A stretch of 64,000 bases of DNA from the NCBI GenBank assembly GCA_964252035.1, contig OZ176201.1; one strand, written 5' to 3'. The stretch is from Podarcis erhardii (taxonomy: Eukaryota). Shown one piece after another: positions 34,241-45,458 of the stretch. The position numbers were made by a program, and so were the translations under genes. Below the pieces are notes generated by a model, which saw nothing but the letters and a program-made list of their open reading frames with translations, had not been told where the DNA came from and did not search any database. Each line of letters starts with the position of its first letter. Position 1 is the stretch's first letter.

Positions 34241-36208
34241 TATTTTGGTTGGACTGAGGATTTCAACCGGAACCTCCGATCCCTTTATATTGATCGCTTA
34301 CATTAAGTCTCATTCATTTGATTGCCTGTATAAGTCCTTCCTTTGCATTCTCCAAAGAGCTCAGCCTCCACATTGATCTTCCACCCATTTTGACCTCCCA
34401 AGCAAAAACCCCGTGAAGCACAGCTGTCAACTTTTCCCTTTTCTTGCGAGGAATCCTATCGGAATAAGGGAATTTCCCTTTAAAAAAGGGAAACGTTGAC
34501 AGCTATGCCGTGAAGCAGGCGAGACTGACACAAGTGAGCAGGACCGAGTGGAGATCTCAGTGGAGCCCTCTTCTAACTTAGCCCTGCGCTCTAACCATTT
34601 TACGACGGTGCCTCTGGGGTGGGAAAAAGTATTGGCTACCAGCCTCCTGCACAGAGAATCGGCCCTCTGAGTTGGATTGTGATCTGTGTTTGGGAGGTCA
34701 GGCTAAATACTGCGCTCCATAGAAATCAACAGGATTTGCTTTCAATTCCATTTCTAAAATGGATCCCACCCTCCAAAGCTAAGGTCTCAAAACACTTTTC
34801 ACTGACGCTACTGCCCACCTGAATCCCGTCCCCGCCCCCAAGCTTTCGAAGCAAATGACTGAATCCTCTGGATGCTTACTCATTAGTAAGTTCAGCAGCG
34901 CTCTGTGCAATTTATTCCACCACCCAAAAAAATATTCAGAGCATTGCGCCCTAAAACTGCAGTCCTATATACACTAGGGAGTAAATCCCATTGAACCAAC
35001 CCTTCTCCCCAAAGGCTCTGGCTGTTAAAATAACGTTCTGTGTCTACATTCTGTAGCCCGATAAACACATCCATTTACACCACAATATCGATTGCCATGT
35101 TCAGAGGTGCTAAAGTCCCAGTTCTCTTTCTCTACAGATAGCTGCAGTATATAATTCTAAAACGAAATGCGGCCAGTTAAAATTAATGCAACAGATCAAG
35201 CCTACATTTGGGGGCTCAAATCCAGATAAAATTAAACCCTGGGATACAAAAGTGCTGAACATTGGCTGAATTGTATCCGCTGAAAAGTTCACTCTTTTAG
35301 GTCAGCGGGAGTAGAAGTCGATCCTAAACAGATTTCACAAGTCACCCCACTCGTGTTTATTCAGAAGTCAACTCATCTTACTTGGAAATACTGCTGAACT
35401 CCAATGATTTGCTTCTGCAGAAATGGAGCAAAGCCTCTGTTTTCGTTTGCCTTTTTTCCAAGCAGAGCTATATTCTTAGGTGTGCTTTGTTTCCTCCAAA
35501 GAAATTTAGACTTGAAGGCCTTAATCTGCGGACTAGGTGGTTGCTCCTGTTGTTTTTACATTTTTTAATTATTCAAATACAGCACTGCCCTTCATCTTAG
35601 TTCAATCTTAGTTCATCTTCATCTTAGTTCAATTTTAATATTCAGGGCACAAACTCAGCTCAAAGCGATGAAAATTATATCGGAATTATTTCTTTTTGGA
35701 AATTTAAAGACTGGATGTAGGCATATGACTTAGGCACTCCCAAAAATTGTCCCACTGAAATCAGCGGGATCCCAGGATCGTGGAACTGCAGATAATGGGC
35801 AAAATCTGGCCACGTTTCAGTACGTTGAATTTTTACTTTTATTCATTTTTTGCACACTTTATTTGGGACAACCTCTTTTTGAAATCAGTAGGGCGCTTCC
35901 AAGTAAACGTGCGGAAGACCTGGCAACAGGACTGCCAATTTTAAATGAACACGTTAAAAACTTAAATTTAATTATTTGTCCATAGGTTTTTTGGGTTTTT
36001 TACTCATTACAAATCTATAGGACTTAAAGGATGAATCCTAAACTATCTTTATTGAAAACAGCTTTATTGAAATCAACAGGGCTGGCTTCTGAGGACGTAT
36101 ATATATTATCAGATTTCGGAAATCCTAATTGTGGCTGAATCACGCCCAGCTGGGTAGACCTCAAGACCTCATTGCGTACACAATGTACCTTTGAAGTACA
36201 TTCATTGC

Positions 36209-36295
36209 CTCAAAGAATTCTGGGCACTGTCGTTTGCCCCTCACGGAATACAATTCACAGCAGCCCTTAAACTCCATTGCCCAGAATTCTTTGAG
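36209..36295. repeat. Intronic inverted repeat (perfect 18-bp arms, 51-nt spacer), probably a MITE-like hairpin element
   Basis: ctcaaagaattctgggca (36209-36226) is the exact reverse complement of tgcccagaattctttgag (36278-36295). Confidence 0.8.
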
Positions 36296-36800
36296 GGAAC
36301 AACGTGCTTCGAATGTGATTAAAGGTATGGTCCGTACGCAGCCACACTGTCGCTATTTGCGGGTGGGAATCAGCCGCAGACAGGTAAACTCAGGTTAAGC
36401 AACTGAAGTAAATTAGGAACTGCTGCGCAACAAATCGCTCCCCGAAAATAAAAGCATAATCGGAGTTTTTGCGGTAAGGAAATTGCCAGAAAATGTACTG
36501 GGAAGTGTGGGATAACAATTGTTCACACGAGGTTGCATAGCAGCCCCTCAAACAAATCATAATAGGTTATCAAAAAGTAAAAGAAGCCATAACCTCCCCC
36601 GCAAACTTTGTGCAGGACGAATGCTCAATAAATATGTCATCTAGAAGCGACCTCAGGTAGCGTCACATTTGCCTCCCGAGTGAAGAAACCACAGACACTG
36701 ATGAGTCCCATTCAAGCTCTTTTCTCGAACAATTAATGTGGATTTTATCTGCACTTCAGTACTACACACACATTTACCTACACACAGAGAGACAGATAGA

Positions 36801-36985
36801 NNNNNNNNNNNNNNNNNNNNNNNNNNNNNNNNNNNNNNNNNNNNNNNNNNNNNNNNNNNNNNNNNNNNNNNNNNNNNNNNNNNNNNNNNNNNNNNNNNNN
36901 NNNNNNNNNNNNNNNNNNNNNNNNNNNNNNNNNNNNNNNNNNNNNNNNNNNNNNNNNNNNNNNNNNNNNNNNNNNNNNNNNNNNN
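36801..36985. other. Assembly gap (185 N) in the NKX2-5 intron, preceded by an AC/AG microsatellite start
   Basis: N run counted directly. The left flank cacacagagagacagataga suggests a collapsed simple repeat. Confidence 0.98.
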
Positions 36986-39066
36986 TTTCCAAGTCAGTGC
37001 TATTTATTTCTACGCCATTTACTTAGGACTAATGTTAACTAGTTTAGGAACCCAAAATCCGAGCCGGAGATTCCCAGGAAATGAGCTGCTCAAAGTATGA
37101 ACACATCAAAGCTCAATCGGTCGGATGTTCTATCTGGGAAGATTCCTAAGGAAATGGAAATGAACTCGTGATTCCAAAAAAAGCAGGGACATCCTCCACT
37201 AGAGAGTTGATTAAAGTGCGATTCACACAGGGAGCTGATCCTTTCCGTCAATTTCCACACAATGAATTGGAAATCTTACAGAGCAATCCAATGCATGCTT
37301 ACTTAGAACCGGTGAGCCTCAAGAGGTCCAGCGGAACTTGAGGCCAATTAAGTGTGCATAGGATGGCAACCTCATGGGGGGGGGGGATTAAAAAGTCGTG
37401 ACTTCCAAAGGCAACTTTTGAAACGTTAATACTCCGAAGGCTTACTAAGAAATTATTGCTGCAATTAATGTAAACATGACTTCCTAAAGGACCAGAGAAA
37501 AAGTGCATTCGATGGAACTTAACTCTTGTGCGTGTTAATCAAACTCCTGAGCAGAAGTGAAATTACTACTAGTAGTACTATTACTTCTGTTGGAAAATAA
37601 ATCCAATCGAGATGGTTGGAGTCTATTCCTTCTGGGAAGGGTCGTAATGTTGAATTGTGCTCCTCGATTTATCAAGGAATATTTTAAGAATCTCAGATTG
37701 TCTTACCAACGCCAGACACTTTTGGAGGAAGTTTCTCCCCCCCCCCCCGATGATCTTTATTGAAATTTTTAGTTACATACTGTACATACACATACATTAT
37801 ATTCCTCCAAGGAGGAAGTTTCCTTAGAGTGAGTTTGCGGATTGCGCCTTTTGAGGAGTTCTGAGGCCTCTCAGCCTACATCAAAGGGACAGCTGAGCAA
37901 CGGGTGTGCTGCTGCTAATAATAATTTCGAACTATATAAATTTAAATGTAAATACTAAATTTAAATACGAGCATGTTTAATACGGATTGTAGTTTTTATA
38001 CATCTTATACATATTTTAAATTTTACAAAATGATTGTTGACAACAGCAATAATGTAATGGATAGTAATCCTATTCTCAATGCTACCTCTCCGCTCATTTG
38101 TTACCGAAATTCGGCGCGCGAGAAAAGAGAGTTCGGACTCTTAGCTGGAGTCCAGCTGCAGAACATCGACTGCAACTTTCTGCACATCTGCCTTGGTGTA
38201 AGTACCTCTGAAGTTACTTGAGTAGATGTGGATGTGACCGGGCTACGAGCTAAGAACCAGGAAGTGCCCAGGCTCATCCCTGCCATGACCCTAGGCAAAA
38301 TATTTTCTTTCTTTCCTTATCTGCAGTGGACTAAAGGCTTGTGATCCTCACAAGAAGATAATGGTTGTCATACGCCTTGGACAATCAAAAGCGCTCTGTA
38401 AAAAGCTTATCCTCATCCTCGTAAATAATAAGAAAAAATGGTTCATCAAGAGGAAGACATCTGCAGGAAAATGTACAGCAAATGTCCCTCTTAGACTAAG
38501 AGGAGTCAAGGGAGGGTCCGACTCCAGCACAACACCCCGTCTGCCCGCAAAGGGATGCCAACTAGCAGTCAGCACAGCCGACTCTACCTGAATCCCTCTC
38601 CTTTAGGAGGCGCGAGGATGGAGAACCATCCCGCTCCTCCAGCAAATGACAAAGAGGGTTGGTTCGTAAATAAGACGACGCACTGCTACTGCCGTTTCCA
38701 GCCGACAAGCTGCAAGCCTGTCGACATGAAGGCGACAATCCAGCTGGTTTCCTTCAGAAAAGACTCCGGGCGGCTGTGCATACGTGGAGCGGGACTGGCC
38801 GCGCACTCCCTGGGCCCTCGGAGACTTCCTTCCTTCCTCTGAGCCGTCGGTGGTTTTGCTTAACTCGAGTCGGCGGGAGATCCAGGAACCAAGCAGCCGC
38901 TTCCAGCTCCAGCTGCCTCGGAGCCCCCTAGCCCGGCCAGAGGTCTCCCCCCCTCGCCCCCAAATATTGCCCCCTTCCCAGCCTGCCCTGCTCAAGAGAG
39001 AGAGATGGCGCTTCGGCCGCCGCGGAAGGGACCCTCTCCGTGTCCCCGACGGGCCCTTGCTTTTAC

Positions 39067-39358
39067 CTTTCTTGTTGTCCCCTTTGGGCGCCTTGGTCGA
39101 CTCCATTTCTACGTAGTTTTTGGCCGCGTAAAAGGGGCTGGGGAAAGCGGCGCCGTTGCTTTTGGCGAGGCCGACGGGGCTGTCCGCGATCGGGCCTTCG
39201 TCGGCTGGATACGCCTCCTGCTTGAAGGTGGCCAGCATGCACGACGAGGGCGAGCCCAGAGCCGAGAGCTCCATGGGCGCCAAGCCGCTGGGATGTTGCT
39301 CCAGGCTCAGGATATCCTTGACGGAGAAAGGCGTCGTGGTCACCGGGCTCGGGAACAT
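39067..39358 (-). CDS. NKX2-5: NKX2-5 coding exon 1 (292 nt; MFPSPVTTTPFSVKDIL...PKGDNKK): TN/EH1 domain and FKQE SUMO-type motif
   Basis: ATG at 39358-39356 (gcgcccgcgATG); donor AAAG|GTaaaa at 39066; 97 codons + 1 nt. The N-terminus matches the chicken Nkx2-5 start as I recall it, and synteny with BNIP1 distinguishes it from NKX2-3/2-6. Confidence 0.97.
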
Positions 39359-39530
39359 CGCGGGCGCCGGCGTCTGTGCCCGAGCGCAGCGTCCTGCGAG
39401 GGCAGAGCAGGTGCCCCCGGCGTGCGCTGAGCCTGGTCTCCAAGGCGCGCACAGCAGGGCCGGCGCGGCCAGCCGCAGCTTGGACACTCGGGAGGCAGGG
39501 ACGGAGGCGGAGCGAGGCGCAGGGAGCCCT

Positions 39531-39690
39531 CTCCCATTGGCCGGCGCCGGGCCGCGTCCCGGGCCCACCTAATATAGTCACGGAGCGCCGAGCAGCGCCG
39601 CGGAAGGGACGCCGAGGCCCGGCCAGTGGCGCGCGCAAAAGCGCTCCGGGATGCCATCGATCATTGGCGTCAGGTTGAATAAACAAGCCG
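39531..39690 (-). promoter_or_regulatory. NKX2-5 proximal promoter: TATA-like TATATTA (39576-39570), CCAAT box (39667-39663), adjacent half-CRE TGACG (39672-39668) and Fox site TGTTTAT (39685-39679)
   Basis: Motifs are read directly from the sequence. The TATA-like element is about 210 bp upstream of the ATG and the CCAAT box is about 90 bp further, within a CpG island. The TSS (about 39545) is inferred, not observed. Confidence 0.6.
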
Positions 39691-41871
39691 CAAGGAGAGC
39701 GCCGTCGGGCGCGCAGGGTGACCTGAATGGCGTGTCAAGAGGAGGGCTGCGAGAGGAAGTGGGGGCGGCGGGGGGAGCGCCCTTCTTGGAAAGGTTTCCC
39801 TAAGGAAAAAACACCCTTTTTTAAAAAAAAAAACCTGGAATCAGCCCGACTGTGGGAAACTGGGAGGAGGGAGGGGTCAGCAACAACAGGCACGTTTTTT
39901 AGTTTCCACTCCAAAGAAACCCAACCAAACAAAACAAAAACCGTCGTTTTAATTGTTCCACGAAGTTAGGCCACTTCCTCTGGCTACGGCAAGGGGCGCC
40001 CTCCCCAAGATCAGCTCGCAGCAAGATCCAACCCACCAGCCAGGATCAAACGCGGCGCACCACCAGGCCTGTGGATCCAGCGGGGAAAGCCTCGCGCTTG
40101 CAGTGCAATTAGCCTCCTCTTTTACAGCACCATGAACTTAGCGGTGGCTTCGATCTACAGCAGTGGCCTTTACAGAACACACGAAAGACGGTTTACAGCG
40201 CTAAGCTCCCTAACCACTCAGGGTGCCGGAATGGCGGGTTGACCCGAGGCCCGGCAAGCTCTGGGTCTCCTCCACTGTCCTTGCTCCCTGCTTCTGGCGT
40301 CTGCCAGGCAATGGCTTCTGTGACAAGGGCAAGGGTCGTATGGCCCTCCAGATGCAGCCGGGCTACTACACATCCCCTCATCAGTTCTGCCCGTGGGTCC
40401 CGCTGACTGGCTGGGGTGGGTGGGAGTTGGAGTCCGCCTCCCCCCCCACCTTTTCCTAAGCGCTATTATTGACAATAACGACAAATGGAGAGCTGGGGGC
40501 GGGTGTTGGGAAGCAGAAGGCAAGGCTGCCGCGGAAGGGCCACCAAGAGCAGGGGAGACCCCAGCCCGGCCTCTCTCAGAAGCCAGGCCCGGAGCCAAAG
40601 CTCTTCCGAGGCGACGCGTGACCCCCCTGGTTCCCTCCAGGCTTCCAGGCTCTTTCTAGCCCGAGCCTTGGCTCTTCTAGTGGTGGGCGGTGAAATGCGG
40701 GTGACCGCAGCAGGCCCTTAAGAAGCACTTACATTGATGCATTGCTTAACAAATCCGAAGTGGCAAATAATCACTCTGGGGGATGACCCAGCTTGCAGAA
40801 GGGAGCAATAATGTGGGCTGCTCCAGAGAAAGGGAAAGAAAGGAAGGAAGGGGGGAAAAGGAAGACGGGGAAAGTCTGGAGCCAGTTCATTGGGAAACTC
40901 TTTCGAAGCGAAGAACTATAGGCAGGCACATCATCCCCACGGCGAGCTTTTCTTTCGGAAAAGACCGATAAGAGCCTCACCACGGAGAAATCCGGACCCG
41001 AGAGCGGAAGAGAGGCGGCGGCTGGTGAGTTGCCCTGGGCCCTTCCACTGCTTACGGGCGGTTTTGGTAGATCTGTCCGGTTGGGATCTGGAGAACTTAA
41101 GCCAAGGAGGCTGAGAAATAAGGGACGGACCAGAGTGCTAAAAGACAGAAAAGCAATAGCGGGGATTTCAGGAGAGTGTGGAAGTCTTGGCAAGAGTGTG
41201 AAAGGCTTCCTCTGGGTTATACTGTATTAAATCTTCCCCTCGAACCTACTGTTATCTTGAGAGGATTTAGTGTGGCTACTAAAAAATAAATAAAATATAA
41301 TAATCACAACCAAAGAAGTATAAGCGCTCCTCCTGAGAAATAGTCACGTGACGTGTACGCATTCCCTCCCATGACAACCCCCCCGCCTAACCCCTCCCCC
41401 TCTTTTCTTTAATTGTGGTGCCTCTGTGGATCCTATTTAAGACACACCAATTAGGGAGCAAGTCCCTTGAACTAAATTACCAGTTAAACTATCTCCGTGT
41501 TAGGTAGGATCCAGCTAGCGGGGTGTGTGTCTTCTAACAACAACTGCCACCTGCCATTAGGGCTCCGGGCGTCTCTGCAGAGACAGATGTTGCATCTTGA
41601 GGAGCGTGTCTGCAGCGCCCGCACTGGCGCGTGGAAGCGCATCTGCGTCTTGCTGTGCCGGATATTTCTTCCTTCCGTGCCCACGGTCCGATGCTTTTTC
41701 CCCCGCTTCGATTTTGGTGCCCACAATCTAGTATCTCGTGTGGGTGTGGGTGTGCGCGCGCGCGCGCAGCAAAAAATCAGCGGAATGATTTCGAAATAAG
41801 GGGATTGTTGCGGTTTTCCATAGAGACTGCAAATCTATCCTATGAAAAAAAAAATTCCTAGTAAGGCTGTA

Positions 41872-42097
41872 CAGTGGTACCTCGGGTTAAGTACTTAATT
41901 CGTTCCGGAGGTCCGTTCTTAACCTGAAACTGTACTTAACCTGAAGCACCACTTTAGCTAATGGGGCCTCCCGCTGCCGCTGCGCCGCCAGAGCACAATT
42001 TCTGTTCTCATCCTGAAGCAAAGTTCTTAACCTGAGGTACTATTTCTGGGTTAGCGGAGTCCGTAACCTGAAGCGTATGTAACCCGAGGTACCACTG
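41872..42097. mobile_element. Complete Tc1/mariner (Tigger-like) MITE, 226 bp
   Basis: TIRs cagtggtacctcgggtta / taacccgaggtaccactg; TA TSD at 41870-41871 and 42098-42099. Confidence 0.92.
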
Positions 42098-42222
42098 TAT
42101 TCCTATGCACCTCCTTGGGAGCAAGCCCTGTGGGGTTTAGTGGGGTTTGCTTCGGAATGGGTTTAGGGTTGCATCCTTATTAGGAAGTGGATCTGATAAA
42201 GCGCACCCTACTTCCAAGTCAA

Positions 42223-42413
42223 GGAAGGGCCGTAGGTCGGTTGTGGGGCACCTGCCTTGCAAGCAGGCGGCAACAAATTCAATTCCCGGCATCTCCAGGT
42301 AGGGCTAGGAAAAAAAGACTCCTGTATGAAACGGCGAGGAACTGCTGCCCGCTAATGTGCGCAATACTGAGCTGGATAATAGACTAAGGGTCTGAGTTAG
42401 GCGGCTTCCTGTG
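42223..42413 (+). mobile_element. Squam2-like SINE, diverged and CpG-rich
   Basis: ggcatctccaggtagggctaggaaa...caatactgagc...ggcggcttcct. Confidence 0.6.
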
Positions 42414-43579
42414 CCAACACTGTTTAGGGGGGTACCTTTCGGTTTGCTGGACAGAGCATGTTATCCGGATACAAAAGGCTATAAAGGGAATATGATGGTC
42501 TCCGTGAGAGAAGGAATTACCCCCCATCAAAGCTCGGGATGCAAGTGTAGGCACTGTCGAGTAGCTTCCTACTTCCTTTCTTACTGGACGTGTGTGTCCA
42601 GACATACAGAATCGTGCGCACGCTCCCTTTTCGTCCGGCTGCTACTGAAGGGATTTCGACAACAGCCCGATTCATGATAAGGCAAAACAGTCTTGCAAAA
42701 AAAGAGGTCTCTACCTCCCCAGGCAGCCTGCTCCAAAAGGGTCATAGTGTTTGGAGAGAGAGAAAACGAGGCAGTATAATACAAAGGAAAGTTCTCCCCA
42801 ATTATAACAGACCAGCATTATGTGACAGCATTGCCCTATCCCTAGATAGGGATTGAGCGTGGCGCTGGGAACAAGGCCCGTCGTTTGCCACGTCACCCCC
42901 ATCCTGTTGCCCCATAAAAGTCCATGTAGTTGCCAAACAGGTTAAGAAGCATCCCGTAGTGTTATTCGCCGCCCTGAGCTCCTTGGCGAGGAAAGGAGGG
43001 CTATATCTACGTTGGATACCTAACGGTTCACGAAAGCCTCCTTCCTTGAAAACGCCGCTCCTTGGTCCCAGTCCTGTCTCGCCGAGCCCATCCCGCTGTA
43101 CCCGCCCTTCTTCTCTCCTCGATCGTATTTCTAAGTGGGCTACCACTTGGCTTCGGTGGGACCCGGCCACTCCGGCCCACATGCGACGCAGTTTTACGCC
43201 TCTCCAAGCCATGCCTTGATCTGGGCCTAGCTGGGACAATAGGAGGTTTTCAGTTGCCCTCTGCGGTTTCTGGAAGCAGTAGGTTTAGTTTCTAGTCCTC
43301 ATGATGACTGAATTCAGCATGATTAGAGAGGGCATTTGTTGTATTGTTTTCAAAAAACAAAACAAAACAGCGCGCACAAAGCGTACTTGGGGACAAGTAG
43401 AAGAACAGCTAAATTTAATGGAGGAGCTTAAAGATCAACAATAATAATAATGGTTGTTTCTCGTGTCCTGATAGCACAGCGTGCTTTTCTGGAGGGGTGC
43501 CTGCTATTTTACATCCACGACCTCCTTGTACGACGAAATCGATCTTTCTTTCGGGAGCTTTACGGAGCTCATTCCCACC

Positions 43580-43700
43580 CATGGGCATACCCATGATTTA
43601 TTGGGGGTTATCTGCGACGCAATTTGTCTGCTAGTTAAGTATTTTTTTTATTTATTTACTTGATGGGGGAGGCAGCTGCACCCTCGTGGCAACGCTCATG
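43580..43700. mobile_element. Complete hAT MITE, 121 bp, with a perfect 8-bp TSD
   Basis: Imperfect TIRs catgggcatacc / ggcaacgctcatg; TSD ttcccacc at 43572-43579 and 43701-43708. Confidence 0.88.
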
Positions 43701-44766
43701 TTCCCACCTTCTGGTATGTTTTTTTTCTTGTTCCATTTCTAAAGAGGCCGATTCCCTCCGGCTTATCTGCCCGAGGGGCGCTTGCCTTGGGCAGGCAGCG
43801 CCGAACCTGGCAGCGCGCGGAGCTTCAGGCGCTCTTAAACCGGACTACTCGCACTTATCTGCGACTAATTGCCACGTCTAGGGCTCTGGCTTAGGACGCG
43901 CCCCTGCCCGCCTCCACCGCGATCTCTGGTCCTCGGCCCTCCCTCCGCGCCCTGCTTAATGGTCGACCATTTGCAAGCCCTTCCTGGAGCGGAAAGCAGG
44001 GCTAGCCCCCCGCCCGCGGTGGAAGAAGGTTGCCCAAATCTCTCTCCTCTCTCGGCTTCTCCCAGAGTGTGGAATTCTCTTTATCTCGCAAGAAAATGGA
44101 AGCAGCAACATCCGAGTCAATTAAAATTCTTGCCCTGGGAGGGTTTTTGGGGGCTGGCGTATCGGATCCGAAGTCGCGATGACAGTTTGAGAGATTAGGG
44201 TGTATAGAGAGGCCCAAAATGTCTATTTAAATGTTGGAGGGATGGGGGGGGGGCTGCGGCAAAGCCACCAACACCCCCCCCCCGTTGCAGCTCTTCTCTT
44301 TCGTGTTCACTCTGTCCAGCAAAACTAAAGGGCGGGGGGAAAGGATTAAAATGTCTCACTTCACTTCGTTCTCGTGCGTTTGGTACAAATTAACAGCGCA
44401 GTCCATGGCGAAGGAAGCCAAGCTGAGTTCAATGGGAGTTACGCCTAGGAAGTTAGGACAGAATATCCCAGCGTGAAAGTATTCTCTGGAGGGGATCGAC
44501 CTTGCATTAACAAATTTATCTCTATCAAAACATTTCAGGCTATGTTCATGTATCTTGACTGGGACAAAGCATAGGAAGAATAGATAAAACCAGGTTGTAT
44601 TTTGAGTTGGGATGGCAGTGTTCAATCCATTCGTTAAGCTAATGGATTTTAAAACTTTTAACCGAATTAACATTTAAAGAATAGCATCTATTTATTAAAA
44701 TTCAGGCACTGATAAAAACTGCAGATAGCAGGCACAGTCTTGAAAAGGGTATTCCCCGCTCTCTCC

Positions 44767-45022
44767 CATAAGAAGAGCTGGATCAGGCCAAAGGCCCATC
44801 TAGTTCAGCATCTTGTTCTCTCAGTGGCTAACTAGATGCTTATTATGGGAAGGAAGAAGCCGACACCAAAAGCACTAAGTACAACACTACTCTCTCCCCC
44901 CTTGTGCTTGCTAGCAACTGGTAGTCAGAATCATAGGCCGCCTCCATTGCTGGAGTTAGTACACAAGCATCGTGGCTAGTAGAAATCTGATAAGCTTTTT
45001 CTTAATGGATTTGTCTAATCCT
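44767..45022 (-). mobile_element. CR1-type 3' end fragment
   Basis: cataagaagagctggatcaggccaaaggcccatctagttcagcatc. Confidence 0.6.
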
Positions 45023-45365
45023 AGTTCAAACAGGTTTGAAAGTGATTTACATAATTAGTGTAAACCACAGATCAATGAAATCAATGACATTTAATTAAGC
45101 TCACCTTTGTCCACACTCACAAACACCAGGGGTTTCCACTAATGTGTTTAAGAATGAAGGTACTAGCTGAGGGAAATGGACCTAAAAAGGGAGAGATTGG
45201 ACCCTCTCCTACTGGAGCTTGTTTCAAGCTGCAGCTATTCAAGCTCCACAGATGTTCTCTCTCAGTTAATGATATTCAGAGAAAAATCAGAGGCAAATGG
45301 CATAGGCACTGGCCTGTGTGTTTTGCATACTGGGCCCCAGATCTCCTGCCCCTGCCCCAAATTTA

Positions 45366-45404
45366 ATCTCTCTCCCTTTCTCTCTCTCTCTGTATCTCTC
45401 TCTC

Positions 45405-45456
<52 letters not shown>
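45366..45456. repeat. Compound (CT)n imperfect + (AC)25 microsatellite
   Basis: Read directly; the AC run spans 45407-45456. Confidence 0.95.

Positions 45457-45458
<2 letters not shown>

Larger units (their letters stand above)
38500..41150. other. CpG island over the NKX2-5 promoter, exon 1 and proximal intron
   Basis: Visibly very GC- and CpG-dense; boundaries approximate and no o/e ratio was computed. Confidence 0.85.

Noticed and set aside
45099-45106. Strong minus-strand donor AAAG|GTGAGC as a possible upstream NKX2-5 exon end
   Set aside because: It is an isolated consensus match with no linked acceptor, promoter or transcript evidence.
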